46,932 nucleotides of DNA from an uncultured Zetaproteobacteria bacterium (lineage in GTDB: Bacteria; Pseudomonadota; Zetaproteobacteria; Mariprofundales; Mariprofundaceae): NCBI GenBank assembly GCA_964513335.1, contig CAZEMN010000002.1:1-46932 (forward strand), written 5' to 3'. The notes below the pieces were generated by a model. The model was not told the DNA's origin and did not search any database. It saw only the letters and a program-made list of their open reading frames with translations. Made by a program: the position numbers and the translations under genes. Each line of letters starts with the position of its first letter. Position 1 is the stretch's first letter. Positions 40,892 through 46,932 of this stretch are shown piece after piece.

Positions 40892-41524
40892 ATGACAACC
40901 ATCAGGCAGATGCTGGCCCGTAACCGTGAATGGGCCGAAAATATCCAGGAGTGTGATCCGGCTTTCTTTTCCCGTATTGTCACCGACCAGAAGCCGGAGG
41001 TGCTGTGGATCGGCTGCTCGGACTCGCGGGTTGGACCCGACCAACTGATTGGCCTACCGATGGGCTCGATCTTCGTTCATCGCAACATTGCCAACATCTT
41101 TGCTACCAATGACCTGAACTGTCTGGCCGTACTTGAGTATGCGATTGACGAACTCAAGGTTCCCAATATTGTGGTCTGCGGTCACTACCAGTGTGGCGGC
41201 GTACATGCAGCCATGCAGCATAGCGGTATCCAGCCAATCGATTTGTGGCTGGATCAGGTTCGCTTTGTCTATCAGCGCCACTCCCGGGAACTGGATACGT
41301 TGGATGATAATGCGCGCTGGAACCGGCTGGCCGAACTCAACGTTGAAGCGCAGGTGCACAACATCTGCCGCAATACCATTGTCCGGGAAGCGTGGAAACG
41401 CGGTCAGGAAGTCAATGTCATCGGCGTCATCTACGACATCCACGATGGCCGCCTCAAACCTCTGGGGCTTGAGTTCCACTCGCTAAGCGACTGGAAGTCA
41501 TTCCATGAAAAACAATCCGATTAG
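40892..41524 (+). CDS. can: Beta-class carbonic anhydrase
   Basis: The 210 aa product contains CSDSRV, HRNIANI and VCGHYQCGGV (the zinc ligands Cys/His/Cys). Confidence 0.92.
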   Translation: MTTIRQMLARNREWAENIQECDPAFFSRIVTDQKPEVLWIGCSDSRVGPDQLIGLPMGSIFVHRNIANIFATNDLNCLAVLEYAIDELKVPNIVVCGHYQCGGVHAAMQHSGIQPIDLWLDQVRFVYQRHSRELDTLDDNARWNRLAELNVEAQVHNICRNTIVREAWKRGQEVNVIGVIYDIHDGRLKPLGLEFHSLSDWKSFHEKQSD

Positions 41525-41924
41525 ATCCCCGAATTCCCTTACCATCGGCCAGCTTGCCAAGGCAGCCGAAGTCGGTGTCGAGACTATCCGCTACTACCAG
41601 CGCATAGGCTTGATGCGTACGCCGGCAAAACCTCTCGGCGAAATACGCCGTTATCATCATGATGATCTTTCCCGATTGCGTTTCATCCGCCGCGCCAAGG
41701 AACTTGGTTTCTCACTTAAGGATATTCACGCGTTATTACAATTGGATGAAAAGAACTGTGACGATGTTCGGGAACTCGCCGAACACAAACTCATCGATGT
41801 GCATAAACGCATCTCCGACCTTGAATCAGTGGCCAAATCACTGAGTACCATGATCCGCCAGTGCGAATCATCGGACCAACCCGCCTGCCCGATCATTGAC
41901 TCCCTGACTCCACCCGGCACTTGA
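41505..41924 (+). CDS. merR: Hg(II)-responsive MerR regulator
   Basis: The HTH reads LTIGQLAKAAEVGVETIRYYQRIGL. Three Cys residues align with MerR C82/C117/C126 (EKNC, RQC, ACPIIDSL). The mer operator follows immediately. Confidence 0.88.
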   Translation: MKNNPIRSPNSLTIGQLAKAAEVGVETIRYYQRIGLMRTPAKPLGEIRRYHHDDLSRLRFIRRAKELGFSLKDIHALLQLDEKNCDDVRELAEHKLIDVHKRISDLESVAKSLSTMIRQCESSDQPACPIIDSLTPPGT

Positions 41925-41952
41925 CTCCGTACCACAGTACGGCATCTAGACT
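41921..41952 (+). promoter_or_regulatory. mer operator/promoter (PmerT)
   Basis: The sequence is TTGACT-CCGTACcacaGTACGG-catc-TAGACT. The dyad is as in Tn21/Tn501 merO (TCCGTAC-N4-GTACGGA), with the over-long 19-20 nt spacer characteristic of MerR promoters. Confidence 0.78.
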
Positions 41953-41958
41953 GCCGGC

Positions 41959-42306
41959 ATGGACACGATAAACACTACAAACAGTAATAAAACTGAACGC
42001 CTGCCATTGGTTGGCGCGGTACTGGCGGGAGGCTTGGCATCCGCTTGTTGCATCGGCCCCTTAATCGTAGTCCTGTTGGGGCTGGGTTCCGCCTCAGTCT
42101 TTGTAGCCATGGAACCATACCGGCCCATATTCGCGACCGTCACCCTTGCATTGCTCGCCTGGGCAGGCTGGAAGCATTGGCAGGGTAAAAAGCAATGCGC
42201 CGCAAGCGGTTGTCCGCCAAAGAAGCCGGTGATGCTCTGGATACTGGCCGGGTTATCCATCCTGCTTCTCATTTCGCCCTCACTGCTTCCGTACCTCATC
42301 AAGTAA
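41959..42306 (+). CDS. merT: Mercuric ion transporter MerT
   Basis: The 115 aa product has a CC pair in TM1 (ASACCIGPL) and a second Cys pair in the loop (KQCAASGC). Confidence 0.9.
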   Translation: MDTINTTNSNKTERLPLVGAVLAGGLASACCIGPLIVVLLGLGSASVFVAMEPYRPIFATVTLALLAWAGWKHWQGKKQCAASGCPPKKPVMLWILAGLSILLLISPSLLPYLIK

Positions 42307-42318
42307 GGAGAACAACCC

Positions 42319-42615
42319 ATGCGAAGAATGATACTTCCCATCGTAGTCCTATCTATGACCGCCATGCATGCACAGAATAGCGCCGCACAGGAACAGACAG
42401 TGACCATGCACGTATCCGGCATGACCTGCGGCACATGTCCGATCAGTGTCCGTCACCGCGCCTTGCAACTGAAAGGCGTGCATACAGCCGCCGTTGATCT
42501 GGACACAGCAACGGCCACCGTGACTTATGAAGATAGCGAGCAATCACCACAAACCATTGCTCAGGCCATAACCAAACTGGGGTATCCGGCGACAGTAAGA
42601 AAGGCAAAACAATGA
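42319..42615 (+). CDS. merP: Periplasmic mercury-binding protein MerP
   Basis: A signal peptide is followed by an HMA fold with GMTCGTC. Confidence 0.92.
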   Translation: MRRMILPIVVLSMTAMHAQNSAAQEQTVTMHVSGMTCGTCPISVRHRALQLKGVHTAAVDLDTATATVTYEDSEQSPQTIAQAITKLGYPATVRKAKQ

Positions 42616-42719
42616 GTGAAATGCTCATAGACCAAAAAGGTGCCTTCACTGTTGTCGGCAGCATTGCTGCACTAGCCGCCGTGATCTGGCTAATCACCAA
42701 CTGTGCCTCGTGCCACTGA
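42612..42719 (+). CDS. Unlisted 35-codon ORF encoding a single-TM micro-protein with a C-terminal CxxCH
   Basis: The ATG overlaps the merP stop (ATGA). The translation is MSEMLIDQKGAFTVVGSIAALAAVIWLITNCASCH. The ORF fills the otherwise unexplained 121-nt merP-merF gap and is below the 60-aa cutoff of the ORF track. Confidence 0.4.
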   Translation: MSEMLIDQKGAFTVVGSIAALAAVIWLITNCASCH

Positions 42720-42736
42720 ATAAGGAGAACGAAATT

Positions 42737-44391
<1,655 letters not shown>

Positions 44392-44421
44392 TTGTTAAAT
44401 AGTGCATAAAGGAGTAACAAT

Positions 44422-45117
44422 TTGATTACTCAACCTGGCAAACCCGCTGTCGAGGAAATGGATAAAATTCTCTACTTGTTTCCAACAGCCTTCATTCGAA
44501 TGTCACAACAAGAACAGCAAATTTCTATGCACATTTATCACCTCATGGCACAGGGCAAACCATTGTCAGCTAAGCTGCTCGCTTCGTCTCCAGGTCTATC
44601 GCTAGAATTGGTGACTCGAATCCTGGATGGCTGGGACGGCATTTATTACAGCGATGCTGGCAGCATCATCGGCTATTGGGGCCTGTCTTTGTCGAAAACG
44701 AAACACCGCTTTGAGGTCGATGGTCATGGCCTATTTACCTGGTGTGCCTGGGATGCGCTGTTTATCCCCGAGATCATAGGCAAACCCGCTATGGTGACAT
44801 CTGTTTGCCCTGTTACGGGATGTCCGGTCCAGCTAACTGTCTCGCCGGATGCCATCGAGTCCGCTAAACCTGCCGATGCCGTGATATCCTTTATCAAGCC
44901 GGAAGCAGCTAAGATTCAGGAAAGTATTGTCACGAACTTCTGCCACTATGTGCACTTCTTTAGCTCAGAGAACGCTGGACAGCACTGGGTTTCAGATAAC
45001 CCGGGCACGTTTCTGCTTTCCCTGGATGAAGCCTTTGCTCTCGGGCATAGAAAAAATGAACTGCAATACAAAGATACACTGTCAATGTCGATTTTTGAAA
45101 AAAGGAGAAAAACATGA
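44422..45117 (+). CDS. merB: Organomercurial lyase MerB
   Basis: The product contains FTWCAWDALF (Cys/Asp catalytic pair) and NFCHYVHFF (second Cys). The start is TTG, 7 nt after AAGGAG. Confidence 0.88.
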   Translation: MITQPGKPAVEEMDKILYLFPTAFIRMSQQEQQISMHIYHLMAQGKPLSAKLLASSPGLSLELVTRILDGWDGIYYSDAGSIIGYWGLSLSKTKHRFEVDGHGLFTWCAWDALFIPEIIGKPAMVTSVCPVTGCPVQLTVSPDAIESAKPADAVISFIKPEAAKIQESIVTNFCHYVHFFSSENAGQHWVSDNPGTFLLSLDEAFALGHRKNELQYKDTLSMSIFEKRRKT

Positions 45118-45647
45118 AGAAAATAGCAATCATCCCTATGTTGTTTGCGCTCGTGCTCACAGCAGTCCCGGTGCAATCTGCCGAAAAAACAACCATGTTT
45201 GTGCACCTGAAGACCAGCCTGAAACACGACGATGCGCAAATCTGTGTCGCTTATAACGTAATTTGGGCCGCCCTCAAGGAAGGAATGGCCGTCAATGTGC
45301 TGGTAGATTCCGATGGCATCAATACCTTCAAGACGGGTTTGCTTTCGGATACAGACTCTATTCAGGGTTATAAGATTCCGGAAAACCTGCGAACTTCCAT
45401 CGCTCGTCAGTTGAACGTGCCGTCTGGCGACGTGCCCAAAACCTATGGCGACTACCTCATTCTCCTTCACAAGGAAGGTGCGCAGTTCTATGTCAACAAA
45501 GGGTTCCTCATCGTGGCAGGTATAGCGCCGGAACCCGGCAAGGACATGGGCAAGCTTGCGGATTACGTAAAAAAGATATTCAAGCCGGTCACCTTCAAGG
45601 AAATGCTGGAGCTCAGAAGAAATGCCGATTTCGATTATACATACTAA
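45114..45647 (+). CDS. Secreted DsrE/DsrF-fold-like protein of unknown function
   Basis: The ATG overlaps the merB stop (ATGA). A signal peptide (MKKIAIIPMLFALVLTAVPVQS/AE) is followed by MFVHLKTSLKHDDAQICVAYNVIWAALKEGMAVNVLVDSDGINTFK, which resembles the DsrE-family N-terminal beta-alpha-beta pattern. Confidence 0.6.
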   Translation: MKKIAIIPMLFALVLTAVPVQSAEKTTMFVHLKTSLKHDDAQICVAYNVIWAALKEGMAVNVLVDSDGINTFKTGLLSDTDSIQGYKIPENLRTSIARQLNVPSGDVPKTYGDYLILLHKEGAQFYVNKGFLIVAGIAPEPGKDMGKLADYVKKIFKPVTFKEMLELRRNADFDYTY

Positions 45648-45665
45648 CCCGCAAGGGATGGGCAG

Positions 45666-45884
45666 ATGAACAAGCAAGTCATTCCAGACTCCACCATCAC
45701 CTGCCCGAAATGTGGACATCATAAGGCAGAAACGATGCCGACCGATGCCTGCCAGTGGTTCTACGAATGTGAATCCTGCCACGCATTACTCAAGCCGAAG
45801 CCCGGCGATTGCTGTGTCTTCTGCTCCTATGGCGATATCTCCTGCCCGCCCATTCAGATGAATAAGGGCTGCTGTACGGGATGA
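45666..45884 (+). CDS. GDCCVxC-motif cysteine-rich small protein
   Basis: The 72 aa product has 13 Cys residues, including CPKCGH, CESCH, PGDCCVFCSYGD and a C-terminal GCCTG. Confidence 0.75.
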   Translation: MNKQVIPDSTITCPKCGHHKAETMPTDACQWFYECESCHALLKPKPGDCCVFCSYGDISCPPIQMNKGCCTG

Positions 45885-45958
45885 ATGCACATCTGTAAAA
45901 AAGTAGTTGGCCGAATACAACTATGTCTGTCATCGTCCTGGTGGAAAGCTTGCTCTGA

Positions 45959-46102
45959 CGTAACTACTCAGGAGCCTTGAATTTTGTTCCATGGCAAGGC
46001 GCGAGAAACGCAGAATCCGTAGCGTATGTGGTTATATGTGAGGATTCGAGCATCGCAACAACGCCGCCAGAGGGCAAAAGACGGGGGTGCTGAGTAGTTA
46101 CG
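45959..46102. mobile_element. MITE-like element, family 2, copy 2
   Basis: The TIRs are cgtaactactcag and ctgagtagttacg. The flanking hexamers are ctctga and ttctga. The core catggcaaggcgcgagaa...tatatgtgaggattcgag.atcgca.caacgccgcca is shared with 12905-13047. Confidence 0.75.
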
Positions 46103-46120
46103 TTCTGACAGGAGCTTTTA

Positions 46121-46729
46121 ATGCCTGACTGCGGATGCAATATTGAAATCAGGGACAAGGAACAGCGTCGGGTACTGATTCCACTGTTGCTTATCAATGG
46201 CCTGATGTTCGTCATCGAACTCACCCTCGGCATTATCGGTCAATCCACCGGACTCATCGCTGATTCCATGGATATGCTGGCGGATGCCACGGTGTACGCT
46301 ATTGCCATGTATGCCGTAGGGCGGGGATTACAGGCCAAGATACGGGCTGCGCACGTCAGCGGTGTGCTCCAGATTGTACTGGCCTTTGGCGTGATACTTG
46401 ATGTCATACGCCGCTTCGCCTTCGGCAGTAATCCAGAGTCCACATTAATGATCGTGATGGGACTTGTAGCCTTTGCGGCTAATGTGGTCTGCCTGATACT
46501 GATTGCCAAACACCGCAAAGGTGAAATCCATATGCGGGCAAGCTGGGTATTTTCCAGGAACGATGTAATTGCGAACATTGGCGTGATTGTGAGTGGTGGC
46601 CTGGTGGCTTTGCTTGCCTCACCACTTCCTGACCTCATCATCGGATTTGTCATCTCCATCATTGTCATGAAGGGTGGTATTTCCATTTTTCAAGATGCTA
46701 CTGCCGAAAAAGATCATTTACCTGAATGA
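46121..46729 (+). CDS. Cation diffusion facilitator-type transporter, membrane domain only
   Basis: The 202 aa product has 6 TM segments, with DSMDMLAD in TM2 and H/D in TM5 (HMRASWVFSRND). It has an N-terminal CGC and no C-terminal cytoplasmic domain. Confidence 0.8.
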   Translation: MPDCGCNIEIRDKEQRRVLIPLLLINGLMFVIELTLGIIGQSTGLIADSMDMLADATVYAIAMYAVGRGLQAKIRAAHVSGVLQIVLAFGVILDVIRRFAFGSNPESTLMIVMGLVAFAANVVCLILIAKHRKGEIHMRASWVFSRNDVIANIGVIVSGGLVALLASPLPDLIIGFVISIIVMKGGISIFQDATAEKDHLPE

Positions 46730-46816
46730 TTCATTATTCGCATCTGGTCAAACAACACAGGCAATCCGGAAATACACCGGGCTCTTTGTTTGCCATAGTC
46801 GTGGTATGATGGGGCT

Positions 46817-46915
46817 ATGAATACCATTGCCATCTATGCAGGCGCAGCCTTGGCGGAGATTGCGGGCTGTTTCGCCTTCAGTATTTTCCAATCCATAAAT
46901 GAGCCTGAAAAGTAG
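46817..46915 (+). pseudogene. Truncated YnfA/UPF0060-like membrane protein gene
   Basis: MNTIAIYAGAALAEIAGCFAF matches the YnfA N-terminal pattern (..ALCEIIGCF..). The sequence then diverges and stops after 32 codons. The window ends at 46932. Confidence 0.35.
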
Positions 46916-46932
46916 CTGCATGGTGTTCAGTT

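Noticed and set aside
40892-41524. The idea that the beta-carbonic anhydrase is a functional part of the mercury resistance system.
   Set aside because: The only evidence is adjacency and the 20-nt overlap with merR. Beta-CA is a standard housekeeping gene in autotrophs, and the linkage is more simply explained by the mer module inserting at its 3' end.

Overview
This 46.9 kb window looks like chromosomal DNA from a chemolithoautotrophic proteobacterium. The gene content (form II RubisCO with cbbQ/cbbO/cbbR, and isc, cys and pnp neighbourhoods) suggests a Nitrosomonadales-like betaproteobacterium, but that is inference only. All calls come from reading the translations and the DNA by eye; no searches were run.

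Positions 1-21.9 kb are almost entirely minus-strand housekeeping genes: cysS (3' end runs off the window), a vapBC toxin-antitoxin pair, gltX, ftsB, eno, kdsA, pyrG and purL. These are followed by a DUF1538/DUF1538/P-II-like trio, def, an ACT-domain protein, iscA, a NifS/IscS-like desulfurase, iscR, cysE, an M16 peptidase, pnp and rpsO.

The middle of the window holds:
- a CPA1 antiporter with RCK domains, gluQ and cysM
- the divergent cbbR / cbbM-cbbQ-cbbO locus, with a tightly linked methyltransferase
- an EI24/CysZ-like membrane protein
- a VWA lipoprotein + ECF sigma + anti-sigma module
- tldD/pmbA and a PfkB kinase

The 3' end (about 40.7-46.9 kb) looks accessory. It contains a beta-carbonic anhydrase followed by a co-directional mercury-resistance operon: merR-O/P-merT-merP-(unlisted 35-codon ORF)-merF-merA (no NmerA)-merB-(secreted DsrE-like protein)-(GDCCVxC Cys-rich protein). 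After that come a short CDF transporter and a truncated ynfA-like gene.

At least three families of MITE-like palindromic repeats are scattered through intergenic DNA. One copy sits exactly in an ATGA stop/start junction and regenerates both codons.

The best candidates for undescribed biology are the extra genes in the mer operon and the DUF1538x2 + P-II-like putative transporter. No rRNA, tRNA or CRISPR array was seen.
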